Assembly: GCA_963664195.1 (NCBI GenBank)
Contig: OY760907.1
Coordinates: 2,144,001-2,208,000 of the forward strand
Direction of reading: 5' to 3'
Length of the DNA stretch: 64,000 nucleotides
From: an uncultured candidate division Zixibacteria bacterium
GTDB taxonomy: Bacteria > Zixibacteria > MSB-5A5 > GN15 > FEB-12
In this document: positions 41,299 through 51,325 of the stretch, one piece after another
How positions within the stretch are numbered: the stretch's first letter is position 1
Layout of the letters: each line of letters starts with the position of its first letter
Notes under the pieces: model-generated
The model's input: only the letters and a program-made list of their open reading frames with translations
What the model was told of the DNA's origin: nothing
The model's database searches: none
Position numbers and translations under genes: made by a program

Positions 41299-43353
41299 AT
41301 GAATAACCAAACAAGGATTTTTGGATTCCTGATTTCGGCGGTCCTGCTTATTGCCGCGCTCGGCTGTGGTACCGGCCACGACGAGCAGAGCACTACCAAC
41401 GTGCACGGGATCGACCCCGCCAACTTTGACACTACCTGCCAGCGCTGCCAGGATTTCTATCAATATGCCAACGGCACCTGGCTTGCCAACAACCCCGTGC
41501 CGGACGAATACGGCAGTTGGGGAACCACCCACGAAGTGTATGAGCGGAACAACTTGCTCCTGAAGGAAATCCTCGAAGAAGTATCCGCGAGCAATCCCGA
41601 AAAGGGAACCGTTGCTCAGAAGATAGGCGACTTCTATGCCAGTGGTATGGACCTTGATGAAATCAATAAACACGGAGTCGAGCCTCTCAAAGCAGACTTC
41701 GATCGTATCGCCGCGATCTCCTCTGTCGACGAATTGTGCACTGTCGTCTCCGAGTACCACGCCGAGGGTATCAATCTCATATTCGACGCACAGGCGATGG
41801 AAGACCTGATGAACTCCAGCATGGTCAACCTGTACGTCACCCAGGGGGGGCTGGGACTGCCGGAACGCGGATACTACATCCGCGAGGACGACGAGACGAC
41901 GGACCTGCGGAGACAGTACGTCGAGCATATCGCCAACATGTTCGTGTTGCTGGGCGACGATTCGACATCGGCGAAATCGCACGCCGAAGCCGTTATGGCC
42001 CTGGAGACGAAACTTGCGGAGGCGTCCTGGTCGGCCACCGATATGCGCAATTTCCCGGCCTGGTACCGGGTGAAGAGTGTCGACGAAATGGCGGCGCTTG
42101 CTCCGAACTTCCCGTGGAAGAAATACCTCGGGACCATCGGCCTGTCCCGCGTCGACAGGATGTCGATGGGGCCGGAAGGCTACTTCGAGGGGATGAACAA
42201 GGCCTTGACCGAGGTGCCGCTTGACGATTGGAAGCAGTACTGTCGGTGGCAGCTAATCGACATCAACGCGTTCTATGTCGGAGAGGATTTCGATAGGGAG
42301 CATTTCCGTTTCTTCAGCACCGTGCTGAACGGTACCAAAGAACGCTCGGATCGCTGGAAACGCGTCCTCGGTCCGGTCAACGGATTCCTAGGTGAAGGTC
42401 TGGGACAGCTCTACGTCGAGAAGGCGTTCCCGCCAGCCTCGAAAAAGCTGGCTCTGGAGATGGTCGGCAACCTCAAGACTGCGCTCCGCGAGCGCCTGGC
42501 GAATCTCGATTGGATGTCGGCGGAGACCCGGGAGAAAGCGTTGATCAAACTTGATGCGTTCAGCCAGAAAATCGGCTACCCGGACAAATGGCAGGACTAC
42601 TCCGCGCTTGAGATCGATGACGTGCCGTTTGTAGTGAATGCTCGCGCCGGACGCAGGTTCGCCAAGGAAGACGAGCTGTCGCAAGTCGGCAAAGCGCCGG
42701 ACCCGACCGAATGGGCGATGAACCCGCAGACCGTGAATGCGTATTACAACCCGCTTAAGAACGAAATTGTGTTTCCGGCCGGGATGCTCCAGCCGCCGTA
42801 TTTCGATGGTGAGATCGACAACGCGGTCAACTACGGTGCAATGGGCGCGATCATCGGTCACGAGATGTTGCACGGGTTCGACGACGGTGGCAGCCGGTTC
42901 GACAAGGACGGCAACATGGCCGAGTGGTGGACCGAGGAAGACCGCGCGAAGTTCGAGGAACGGACCGATAAGCTGGTCGCGCAGTTCGCGAACTACGTGG
43001 CGATTGACAGCCTGCACGTCAACGGCGAGCTGACGCTGGGCGAGAACATCGCCGACCTCGGCGGCCTTCGGATGGCCTACCGGGCGTTGCAGATCGCCAA
43101 CGAGGGTAAGGAAGACCCGATGATCGACGGCTTCACACAGGAGCAGCGGTTCTTCCTGTCGTACGCCCAGGCCTGGCGTCAGAACATCACCGACGAGTCA
43201 TTGAAACTCCAGGTGCAGACCGACCCGCACACGCCGAACCGGTTCCGTCTTCTGGGCACGACGTCGAACCTGGATGAATTCCAGGAGGCATTCGGCTGCA
43301 GTGACGACGATCCGGTAATGCGTGCCCGCGCCGACCGCATCAAAATCTGGTAA
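41299..43353 (+). CDS. M13 (neprilysin/PepO) metallopeptidase, lipoprotein
   Basis: Lipobox AALGC, DFYQYANG, VNAYY, HEMLH, GENIAD, DPH. Confidence 0.95.
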   Translation: MNNQTRIFGFLISAVLLIAALGCGTGHDEQSTTNVHGIDPANFDTTCQRCQDFYQYANGTWLANNPVPDEYGSWGTTHEVYERNNLLLKEILEEVSASNPEKGTVAQKIGDFYASGMDLDEINKHGVEPLKADFDRIAAISSVDELCTVVSEYHAEGINLIFDAQAMEDLMNSSMVNLYVTQGGLGLPERGYYIREDDETTDLRRQYVEHIANMFVLLGDDSTSAKSHAEAVMALETKLAEASWSATDMRNFPAWYRVKSVDEMAALAPNFPWKKYLGTIGLSRVDRMSMGPEGYFEGMNKALTEVPLDDWKQYCRWQLIDINAFYVGEDFDREHFRFFSTVLNGTKERSDRWKRVLGPVNGFLGEGLGQLYVEKAFPPASKKLALEMVGNLKTALRERLANLDWMSAETREKALIKLDAFSQKIGYPDKWQDYSALEIDDVPFVVNARAGRRFAKEDELSQVGKAPDPTEWAMNPQTVNAYYNPLKNEIVFPAGMLQPPYFDGEIDNAVNYGAMGAIIGHEMLHGFDDGGSRFDKDGNMAEWWTEEDRAKFEERTDKLVAQFANYVAIDSLHVNGELTLGENIADLGGLRMAYRALQIANEGKEDPMIDGFTQEQRFFLSYAQAWRQNITDESLKLQVQTDPHTPNRFRLLGTTSNLDEFQEAFGCSDDDPVMRARADRIKIW

Positions 43354-43373
43354 TCACCACACGACCACGATTC

Positions 43374-43406
43374 AACTCCCTCTCGCCAAACGCGGGAGGG
43401 GGTTTT
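43374..43406 (+). terminator. Intrinsic terminator after the M13 gene
   Basis: AACTCCCTCTCG...CGGGAGGGGGTT plus TTGT. Confidence 0.7.
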
Positions 43407-43437
43407 GTCTTGGGGATTACTGGACGTTGGCTGATCT

Positions 43438-43842
43438 TCTCCCCTTGTATGTGTTGTCAGGTGTCCCCACCTGACAACTCCCTTCGTAGATGCAATCAGT
43501 ATCGACGGGTGGCCCCCTCAAACTTGTTTTGGGGGGGACCAGAACCTAGGCCAATGAAGTCTGAGCCACTTGTGCCAGTTCCGGCCACCCGACCGCTGCG
43601 CGGGCAGTCGCAGGTCTGAAGACAGCCCTTCGCTACGAATCTGAAGACTCTCTTTCCGGCAGGTTCGAAGACGAGCGTGGCTTCTTTCGCGCTTCCGTAC
43701 CTTCCCTACTGTGAAGATGGCTGGTCAGAAGAAGGGGCGGTTCAAGAAATTCAACAAAGTACAGAACGTTAGCTCTATTGGCGAACTTCGGGAAGTTTTT
43801 GACTCCGTGGTTCTTGTGGGCGGCAGACGCTTGCCGTCTGCC
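43438..43842. repeat. Cluster of REP-like palindromes
   Basis: GTTGTCAGGT/ACCTGACAAC 43453-43478; CGGGTGGCC/GGCCACCCG 43506-43591; CGCAGGTCTGAAGACAG...CGCTAC 43609-43636; GGCAGACG/CGTCTGCC within 43815-43842. Confidence 0.7.
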
Positions 43843-43861
43843 CCAGCCTTACGCGGTAGCC

Positions 43862-44593
43862 CTACACCCCCACCATCACATCCGGCTTATTCGTGATAAT
43901 CCCGGCGACGCCTTTTGCGATCAGGCTCTTCGCAATACGGGGCTGGTTCACTGTCCACACAATTACCGGGATGTCGCGATCCTGAAGCCTCTTCAAGTAT
44001 CCCGGTACCAGCCATCGACGCTGCGGCAATAAAACATCGGCGCCGCACTTCTTGAGCCGCTCGCGCGGGCGGAATCGTTCTAGCACAGAGCGTGAGTCAG
44101 GGGAAGATCCGTGGAACCCCACCAGCAATCCGGTCACGATCCTCGCGTCGGCCCGCTTCAACGCCTTTAGACTGTTGTCAATGAACGACGTGAACAGCAC
44201 GTTGGCAGCATCGTATTCCCGCAGGACGATGTCGAGAACCTCGCTTTCATACCCAGCCTCTTTCAATTCGACATCAAGCGTGATCCGCCCGGCACAAAAC
44301 TCAACCGTCTCGCGGAGCGTTGGAATACGATAGCCCTTGCGACCAGATGCCGCGATCACTTCCTCGTACGTGAGCCGCGAAAGCGGTTGCCGCATGCCTT
44401 TGACGTTCTTGTTGTGATGAACCACAAGGACACCGTCGGCAGTGCGACGCACGTCGAACTCGATAGCGTCGGCCCCGGCCTCAATAGCAAGCTCGAACGC
44501 CTCCAGCGTGTTTTCGCGCGCCCGGTCGGAGTCGCCGCGATGGGCGATAATGAGGGGACGGTCAGTGTTTGTGAGGTTGGTGAAGGTTTGCAT
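43862..44593 (-). CDS. Glycerophosphodiester phosphodiesterase
   Basis: IAHRG, ENT, IEFDV, VVHH, VELK, VWTVN, GIITNKP. Confidence 0.92.
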   Translation of the reverse strand: MQTFTNLTNTDRPLIIAHRGDSDRARENTLEAFELAIEAGADAIEFDVRRTADGVLVVHHNKNVKGMRQPLSRLTYEEVIAASGRKGYRIPTLRETVEFCAGRITLDVELKEAGYESEVLDIVLREYDAANVLFTSFIDNSLKALKRADARIVTGLLVGFHGSSPDSRSVLERFRPRERLKKCGADVLLPQRRWLVPGYLKRLQDRDIPVIVWTVNQPRIAKSLIAKGVAGIITNKPDVMVGV

Positions 44594-44612
44594 AGCGTTT
44601 ATGTGGAATCCT

Positions 44613-44784
44613 GTAGGTCACAACCCCTGCGGTTTTGACATGTTATTGTCGAAAGCACCAGGCAACATAGTCGCGCTGGTTTCGACCTATTTGGCCCGGC
44701 GGGTTCGAAGACAGACCCGCCCAACGAAGACAACTCCAAGTCAATCTCCGATGCAATGTCGAAACTGCAAGAGTTTCGACCTAC
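44613..44784. repeat. Cluster of GTAG-type REP palindromes
   Basis: GTAGGTCACAACC...GGTTTTGAC 44613-44639; GGCGGGT-tcgaagacag-ACCCGCC-CAAC 44698-44725; GTCGAAAC-N7-GTTTCGAC-CTAC 44758-44784. Confidence 0.75.
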
Positions 44785-44806
44785 AAGAATTTAGATACGT
44801 GGGGCG

Positions 44807-45421
44807 CTAAATGACTGTTTCTGCGGAGTGTTGGTGGTCGATCGGGTCGGTCAATTCGCGGCTGTTGGCGTTGATGTCGGCGATCTGTTTCATCAGCCGA
44901 TTAGTGCAAATCTGCATTTCGGTCAACAGGTGATAGGTCGTCTGGTCGACCTCGAAATCGTCAGATATTTTGCGAATCAAATCCGCCTCGACATCGTTAA
45001 GCCGTTCGGCGCTGCGATTCAGTATCAGGATTCGATGCGAATGGTCGCTTTCGTCGAGAAGTTGCCGTATGCGATCGTTCAGATCGGCCTCGGTTGCAGT
45101 CTGGACTGCCTTCGTTTCCGTCTTCACTCGGGACTGAAGGCGGGTGTCGATGAACATGATCAGGCCGCCGAGAGCGATTGTCACGGCGGTAGCGACTGCC
45201 ACCAGGGGCAGCAGAAAGTCGCCGCTCAACATGCCGTGAATGCTGACCTGTCCGTTTGTGATGTTGTATGCGAGGAAATATCCGCCTGCCAGAGTGCCTG
45301 TCATCACGGTAGTGAAGAGGGCCAGAAGATGAGCCGCAAGAGTGACGAGGCTCTTTCCGCCCGTAAGCCGCATGGCGCATCGCGCGCCGCTTGATTGCAA
45401 AGCCTTCGACTTCATAATCAT
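44807..45421 (-). CDS. Hypothetical two-TM protein with helical C-terminus (start uncertain)
   Basis: Two hydrophobic segments then a charged helical region; candidate ATGs at 45421, 45415 and 45373. Confidence 0.7.
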   Translation of the reverse strand: MIMKSKALQSSGARCAMRLTGGKSLVTLAAHLLALFTTVMTGTLAGGYFLAYNITNGQVSIHGMLSGDFLLPLVAVATAVTIALGGLIMFIDTRLQSRVKTETKAVQTATEADLNDRIRQLLDESDHSHRILILNRSAERLNDVEADLIRKISDDFEVDQTTYHLLTEMQICTNRLMKQIADINANSRELTDPIDHQHSAETVI

Positions 45422-45429
45422 ACCTGTTA

Positions 45430-45457
45430 GTATCGGAATCTTGCCGGACAATATTTA
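45430..45457 (-). promoter_or_regulatory. sigma28-type promoter
   Basis: Minus strand TAAA-N16-TCCGATAC. Confidence 0.55.
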
Positions 45458-45591
45458 ACCTCATCTGTCCTGTTATTGCGAATGTATAAAGAACCGCCCC
45501 GCAACCTGACACTTGCTGCCGGTCAAAAGGCCCGGTGAGGCGCGGGAGTTTCAACTTGACTTTGGGCGTAGAGGAGATGCACCTTAACAAT

Positions 45592-46743
45592 ATGGAATCG
45601 GCACCACATTTTAATTTCAAGGATGTCCTCTGGGCACCTGCCCGGGCGTTGTCGGCCAAACAGATTCTGGTTATGACGCTATTCCTGCTCATGGGGTTGG
45701 GCGTGTACGACTTGTTTACTTATCTGGCGTACGCCGTCAATGGGGAGAGCGTGAGTCGGGCGTTTTCGGTCTATGGGTTTTTCCCGTTTGAACGGTTTGT
45801 TTTTGACTCCTGGTCAGCGCAGGGCGTATATGCGACCGGTATGGCGCTGTCGGTTCTATCGGTGATGTTGGGATTTCTCGGTGTTGGAGCGATCAATATC
45901 GAGGCGGTTCGCGGCAACCGGTTCTTCAGCGCCAAACAGGCGATCAAGTTTGCGTTCGGACGATTCACTCAGGTCTTTTTTGCTGAGATATCAATTGTCA
46001 TGTTTGTGGGATTCATCATCCTGCTCTTTTTCCTGCTGGGGCTGGTCAGTCGGATTCCGGTGGTCGGTGAGTGGATATTCATCCTGTTGTTTGCCGTTCC
46101 GAATTTCATTATCGCTATTATTTCGATTTTCATCATTTTCGTCTTTTCGTTGACCGTCCTGCTATTGCCGGCTGTGGCTGCGGCAGAGCGACGGGGGGAG
46201 ACGTTTACGGCCATTCTGGAGACGTTTTCCACCATTATCCTCCAGCCGTTCAGGTGGGCGGGGTATACCGTGTATGCGATTGTGGCTGCTAAGGCGTGCA
46301 GTTTCGTGTACGCCTATTTCGCTTATCGAGCCGTGCAGTTGCTGACCTGGTCTGCGGCGCTGGGTGGAGGAGTGAAGATACGACGGCTGGTGGAATCCGG
46401 GTTGGCGAATCTGCCGGTGAAATCGGACGTCTGTCGAGAGACCTGCAATCTACTTCCGGAAGTGAAGTTCGGGTTTGATCTCTACGCTGTGGCCGGGGTG
46501 CCCTCAGACAGCATGGCGGCGTACGCGATGGCGTTTATGATTTTCCTCGTGTTCGCCTCTGTCATAGGATACATGTTTGCGATAATCGCCGCCGGCCAGG
46601 CGCGGGGGTATGTGGCGCTTCGGTATATCAAGGACGGCTACAGTGTCGCCGACGAGGATTCGCTGTTCTTCACGCCGGAGCCTGTCAATGAGGAAGTAGG
46701 TGTCAAGGAGCGTAGACCCGTTCCCGATAACGAGAACGATTGA
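45592..46743 (+). CDS. Hypothetical polytopic membrane protein
   Basis: About six hydrophobic segments; start ATG 45592 (or 45577). Confidence 0.75.
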   Translation: MESAPHFNFKDVLWAPARALSAKQILVMTLFLLMGLGVYDLFTYLAYAVNGESVSRAFSVYGFFPFERFVFDSWSAQGVYATGMALSVLSVMLGFLGVGAINIEAVRGNRFFSAKQAIKFAFGRFTQVFFAEISIVMFVGFIILLFFLLGLVSRIPVVGEWIFILLFAVPNFIIAIISIFIIFVFSLTVLLLPAVAAAERRGETFTAILETFSTIILQPFRWAGYTVYAIVAAKACSFVYAYFAYRAVQLLTWSAALGGGVKIRRLVESGLANLPVKSDVCRETCNLLPEVKFGFDLYAVAGVPSDSMAAYAMAFMIFLVFASVIGYMFAIIAAGQARGYVALRYIKDGYSVADEDSLFFTPEPVNEEVGVKERRPVPDNEND

Positions 46744-46810
46744 GCCAGGGGCTGGTTCTACACTGTAGTTGAGTACACGCTGCCACGGGGACTGATTTGG
46801 AGGAGCACAC

Positions 46811-47269
46811 ATGCCGAAACCGTTTGAACACAACATAAAGCAAACTACATTCATTGCCGTCCCGCCGGAGAAGGTGTTTGATACGATAACCTCCGCCGAA
46901 AGCTGGAATGCCTTTTTTACGACCGGCATGGAGTTGGATCCTCAACCGGGGGGGAGGTTCGTCTGGCGATGGAAAGACTGGGGGCCGGATTTCTACTCGC
47001 TGGAGGTTGTGGGCAAAGTGCACGAGGTTGAGCGTCCTGAACGGTTTGTCTTCGAATGGGGGTCGAAACGTCCCACCCTGGTCTCCCTTGATCTTACCGG
47101 GGAACTCGGAGGTACGGTCGTGCGGCTCACCGAGACCGGGTATCTCGACACCCCTCGCGACAGAGACATGATCCTCGAATGCGCCTGCGGTTGGGGAGAA
47201 GCCCTTACGCTGCTTAAATTCTATCTCGAACACGGAGTTGTGTACACTCCGGCGAAAAAACCGGAGTGA
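46811..47269 (+). CDS. SRPBCC/AHSA1-domain protein
   Basis: GGAGG SD; IAVPPEKVFDTIT, ERPERFVFEW, TVVRLTETG, GW...LKFYLE. Confidence 0.88.
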   Translation: MPKPFEHNIKQTTFIAVPPEKVFDTITSAESWNAFFTTGMELDPQPGGRFVWRWKDWGPDFYSLEVVGKVHEVERPERFVFEWGSKRPTLVSLDLTGELGGTVVRLTETGYLDTPRDRDMILECACGWGEALTLLKFYLEHGVVYTPAKKPE

Positions 47270-47279
47270 TCCTACTCCC

Positions 47280-48152
47280 ATGAAGATCATCCGTTCGCTC
47301 AAGTCAATGCAGGCGCATTCCCGTCAGGCTGTAGCCGCGGGCCACCGGATCGGCCTGGTGCCGACTATGGGCTACCTGCACGAGGGGCATCTCTCCTTGA
47401 TTCGAAGAGCCGCGAAAGCTGCCGATGTCATAGTCACCACGATATTCGTCAATCCGACTCAGTTTGCTCCCGGCGAAGACCTGGAGAAGTACCCGCGAGA
47501 TGAAAAGAGGGACGTTCGTCGTATCAAGGCCGCATTGCAATCAGTCTCAGATGAAACCGAATCACTCGGCGTTGTGTACATAGCACGAGCCGAGGAGATG
47601 TACCCGGATGGTTTTCAGACTTGGGTGGAGGTTACAGGACTAACCCAATCGCTTGAAGGTTCCAAACGTCCGACCCATTTTCGCGGCGTTACCACAATCG
47701 TCACCAAGCTGTTTAACATTATCCGACCGGATGTGGCCGTGTTCGGCCAGAAAGATTACCAGCAGGCGGCGGTGTTAAAGCAGATGACTCGCGACCTCGG
47801 GTTTCCAATCAAGTTGGTTGTAGCACCAACCGTTCGTGAGCGCGACGGCCTTGCCATGTCCTCTCGCAACGCCTACCTCGACGAGCAGGGGCGGCGAGAG
47901 GCGCTGTGTCTCTTTCGTGCCCTGACCACCGCGAGAGAGCTGGTGAGATCAGGTGTGCTTGCTTCCAACGACATTCAAAGAGAAATGCGAGCGGTCATAA
48001 AGGCTACCTGTCCGACAGCGGTCATCGACTACATTGCATTCACCGATTTCGACAGCCTGAATCCGGTGAAAGAGATCGCCGGGAATACCGTATGCTCGTT
48101 GGCGGTTCATATTCACCGCGTACGATTGATCGACAACATGAAGTTGCGCTGA
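47280..48152 (+). CDS. panC: Pantoate--beta-alanine ligase
   Basis: VPTMGYLHEGH, FVNPTQF, RPTHFRGV, FGQKD, AMSSRN, RLIDN. Confidence 0.97.
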   Translation: MKIIRSLKSMQAHSRQAVAAGHRIGLVPTMGYLHEGHLSLIRRAAKAADVIVTTIFVNPTQFAPGEDLEKYPRDEKRDVRRIKAALQSVSDETESLGVVYIARAEEMYPDGFQTWVEVTGLTQSLEGSKRPTHFRGVTTIVTKLFNIIRPDVAVFGQKDYQQAAVLKQMTRDLGFPIKLVVAPTVRERDGLAMSSRNAYLDEQGRREALCLFRALTTARELVRSGVLASNDIQREMRAVIKATCPTAVIDYIAFTDFDSLNPVKEIAGNTVCSLAVHIHRVRLIDNMKLR

Positions 48153-48274
48153 TACCGGCCAAAAGCGACCTGATTCCGGTCTGTTTGACTGATTCCCACA
48201 AAACAGAAATACCCCTTGACCCGCGGGAACAATTGCATAGATTGTCCGGCAAATTTCGACTTGTGGAGAAGGTG

Positions 48275-48751
48275 ATGAAAGACCACACAACAATCCAGAT
48301 CGAATCTCCGGGTGTGAATGTTGCAGTCGTGAAAGAAGATGATGACGGCTGGAAATTCCTCCTGTTGCAGCGGGCCGAGAGAGAATCCTATTCGGGCACC
48401 TGGGGCTTTGTGACCGGCGGAAAGACGGGTGATGAGACCGTTGCTCAGGTTGTGAAGCGTGAGGTTACGGAAGAAACTGGTCTTACGCCGGAGCGGATGT
48501 TTGCCACCGAGTATCTGGTGCAATTCTATGAGCCGGAATACGATAAGATTTGGGTTCTGCCGCTTATCGTGGCTGTTGTTTCCTCCGACGCTGAGGTGGA
48601 GCTCTCCGAAGAGAACAGTGATTTTCGCTGGTTGCAGGCCAGTCGAGCCAAGAGGCTGGTCAATTGGAAGAACCTCGTCAAGGCAATTGACGACGTTACA
48701 GAAGAGCTGGAGCTGTATCCTGCCCACAACTGGGTAGAAATCAGCGCCTGA
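48275..48751 (+). CDS. NUDIX hydrolase (NudB-like)
   Basis: Nudix box GGKTGDETVAQVVKREVTEETGL; GGAGAAGG SD; TTGACC-N16-TAGATT at 48216-48243. Confidence 0.88.
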   Translation: MKDHTTIQIESPGVNVAVVKEDDDGWKFLLLQRAERESYSGTWGFVTGGKTGDETVAQVVKREVTEETGLTPERMFATEYLVQFYEPEYDKIWVLPLIVAVVSSDAEVELSEENSDFRWLQASRAKRLVNWKNLVKAIDDVTEELELYPAHNWVEISA

Positions 48752-48930
48752 TCCTGTTTGGCGAGATGTTTTGCCTGCAAGCCCCTTTGGAACTGTCACA
48801 CGGGCTGTCGGGTTTAAGATTTTGTTGCCGAAGACTGGGATTGGCCGTATTTTGCAACTCCTTGCGCATCCGTAGGAATGTGCTATATTGGAAGTCGCTT
48901 GCAACGGGAGAGCGTAACAGGTAGTAGGCT

Positions 48931-49284
48931 ATGTTGATATCTGTATGTAAGTCAAAAATTCATCGCGCCACAATCACCGACGCCGACTTGAACTATGTCG
49001 GTTCGCTGACTATTGACGAAGATCTGATGAATGCGGCCGATCTCATCGAGTACGAAAAGATCGCTGTCGCCAATATCAATAACGGTCAGCGTTTTGAGAC
49101 TTACGTTATTAAAGGCGAAGCCGGAAGCGGAGTGATTGCCCTGAACGGAGCCGCCGCTCGACGGGGCGAGGTCGGTGACCTGATCATTATTATTGCCTAT
49201 GGTCAGATCGAAAAGGAAGAGGCGGCCGAATTCGAACCCGCTATTGTATTTGTCGACGAATATAACAAGCCCGTATCCAAATAG
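48931..49284 (+). CDS. panD: Aspartate 1-decarboxylase
   Basis: [12 protein letters not shown] cleavage site, RFETY, LNGAAAR; TTGCGC-N16-TATATT at 48862-48889. Confidence 0.97.
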   Translation: MLISVCKSKIHRATITDADLNYVGSLTIDEDLMNAADLIEYEKIAVANINNGQRFETYVIKGEAGSGVIALNGAAARRGEVGDLIIIIAYGQIEKEEAAEFEPAIVFVDEYNKPVSK

Positions 49285-49358
49285 TCTTCAAAGACCTTCC
49301 CGTTAGCCCGCGGTCATGGGCACCGCGATTTGTCACACCGGAATTCTAGAGGGATAGT

Positions 49359-50108
49359 GTGTTGTCTGCCAAACGATCTGTAGTTGTCCTTGCCGCCGGC
49401 AAAGGCAAGCGAATGAAATCTGACCTGCCCAAGGTCCTTCACGAAATCAGCGGTCGCCCGATGATAGCAATCCTCCTTGACCGGTTGAAGAAGATGCGTT
49501 TCGACCGAATCATCGTGGTGATCGGACACAAAGGCGAGCAGGTCCAGGAGGCACTGGCCGATTACGATGTCGATTTCGTCTGGCAGCGCGAACAACTTGG
49601 GACCGGACACGCCGTCAAAATGGCCCGTGAAAAACTGGCCGGGTTTGAGGGGATAACGCTGGTGGCGGCGGGTGACGTTCCGTATCTGTCAGAGAAATCG
49701 ATCGAGAAGCTGCTGAGCCTGCACGACAGGACTGGCGCTGTGGCGACCTGTCTCTCGGCGGTTTTCGATGATCCCACCGGCTACGGCCGGATTATTCGCG
49801 AAGACGGGACTGATATTCTGAAGGACATTGTCGAGCATAAGGACGCCTCTGAGGAGATCAGGCAGATCAGGGAAATAAATTCCGGGACGTTCTGCTTTGA
49901 CACCCGAACGCTTTTCAATACGATTGAAGAGATTGGCAAAGAGAACGCTCAGGGGGAATACTACCTGACGGATGCAGTCAAGATATTGCATCAGAAGGGC
50001 TTGCGTGTTTCGGTGACACCGGCTGACAACCCGGAGGAAGTACTGGGAGTCAATTCGATTGATCAGCTTGAAGAACTGGCTGCCAAATTCGCCGACCCCG
50101 GCCGCTGA
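49359..50108 (+). CDS. GlmU-type uridylyltransferase domain only
   Basis: LAAGKGKRMKSDLPKVLH, QLGTGHAV, GYGRI, EINSG, QGEYYLTD; ends before the beta-helix domain. Confidence 0.88.
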   Translation: MLSAKRSVVVLAAGKGKRMKSDLPKVLHEISGRPMIAILLDRLKKMRFDRIIVVIGHKGEQVQEALADYDVDFVWQREQLGTGHAVKMAREKLAGFEGITLVAAGDVPYLSEKSIEKLLSLHDRTGAVATCLSAVFDDPTGYGRIIREDGTDILKDIVEHKDASEEIRQIREINSGTFCFDTRTLFNTIEEIGKENAQGEYYLTDAVKILHQKGLRVSVTPADNPEEVLGVNSIDQLEELAAKFADPGR

Positions 50109-50259
50109 GAATTGTTTCAACCAAACCTTGCCTGAAGCGTTATAACAATATGCTGTGCAGACCGGTCCATGCCGGCCGATAACTGAATACGGGGCACCGA
50201 TTTTGGTTGACGGTGCGGTAATTGGGCGGTAAATTCAAGCAGGAGTTTGAGATAGATCT

Positions 50260-50742
50260 ATGTTAAAGAATCTACTGACAGTATTGATAGTGATCGTATG
50301 CGCAGCCCCGCTGTTGGCCCAGCAGGCCGGGATTCCCGGTCCGGCGAATACAACCCCGGCTCCGTCTGGTATTGGGGTGAAACCAGCGCTGACACCGTGG
50401 TCACTGTTGTCGAGCGACAAGATTACGTGGTCGCACAGCTACTCAGTCTCCTATTTCTCGGGCGGGAACACGTCCAGCTCCGTTGGTTTTCTGCACACGA
50501 CCATGAATTATGAGATCTCGTCGAAACTCTCGCTGTCGATCAATCTCGGCATGCGGCACAACGCCGGTGCCTTGTTTGGCAGCGGTGATTATGACGCGTC
50601 GATTCTACCCGGATTCCGGCTCGATTATCGCCCGAGTGACAACGTATTTATGTCGGTAAGTGTTCAGACGTATGAAGGATATGTGTATCCATACTATGGA
50701 CGGAACTATTATCGGCGTGTCAGTCCTTACTTGATTGACTGA
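50260..50742 (+). CDS. Secreted hypothetical protein, beta-strand rich
   Basis: AGGAG SD, signal peptide, alternating hydrophobic strands. Confidence 0.75.
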   Translation: MLKNLLTVLIVIVCAAPLLAQQAGIPGPANTTPAPSGIGVKPALTPWSLLSSDKITWSHSYSVSYFSGGNTSSSVGFLHTTMNYEISSKLSLSINLGMRHNAGALFGSGDYDASILPGFRLDYRPSDNVFMSVSVQTYEGYVYPYYGRNYYRRVSPYLID

Positions 50743-50794
50743 TGCGTCTAACCTGCACGTCAGACAGTTGTTGAAAATCCTCCTACCCGAATGA

Positions 50795-51325
50795 ATGTTT
50801 AAATCCAAACGATCTCGAGGGTCCAGACCCTCATCATCAGAAAAATCAGGATCACGCAAAATCCGCCCGGTTCTGCGCCGATCAGTCGATCTGCTGATCG
50901 TTCTCGGTGTGGCGGCGGCGGTAGTGTATCTTCTTCCGCTGGTCATCAAGATCAGTCGTGGGTATTCGCGTACCCAGGAGACCCCGGACCGGGTGGTGTA
51001 TCTGCAGGTTGTCGACGGTCAGTCCGATGCCGGTCTGGCGCGCAAGGTGAAGGCGGGACTCAAGGATATTGCCAAAGGAGAAATGCAGATCGAGATCGTG
51101 GATTCCGACAGATTTGAGTTGCGCAATGTGTTACGATCATTCATTATAGCGCGGGAGGAGGATCCGACAACGGCCCGCATGTTAGCCGAACGTCTGGGGT
51201 TAAACCCGGACGAGGTGAGTTATAAACCACTTCTGAACAACAACCAACATGCAACAGCAACGCTGGTGCTGGGCAACGATGCTGCAAAGCTCCTGCCTCA
51301 GGACAGCGTTACAATGGAGAATTGA
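50795..51325 (+). CDS. LytR C-terminal-domain membrane protein
   Basis: One TM; LQVVDGQSDAGLARKV, ATLVLGND. Confidence 0.65.
   Translation: MFKSKRSRGSRPSSSEKSGSRKIRPVLRRSVDLLIVLGVAAAVVYLLPLVIKISRGYSRTQETPDRVVYLQVVDGQSDAGLARKVKAGLKDIAKGEMQIEIVDSDRFELRNVLRSFIIAREEDPTTARMLAERLGLNPDEVSYKPLLNNNQHATATLVLGNDAAKLLPQDSVTMEN

Noticed and set aside
43438..44784. Possible CRISPR array
   Set aside because: Repeats are heterogeneous and irregularly spaced, and there are no cas genes
47906..48274. Long N-terminal extensions in the ORF track (NUDIX, hemW, 23236 ORF, ruvX, mntP, ftsE)
   Set aside because: Artefacts of first-start calling; SD, promoter position or homology support later starts
50156..50182. 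Fifth sigma28 promoter (perfect GCCGATAA at 50175)
   Set aside because: The -35 position reads TGCA, so support is insufficient
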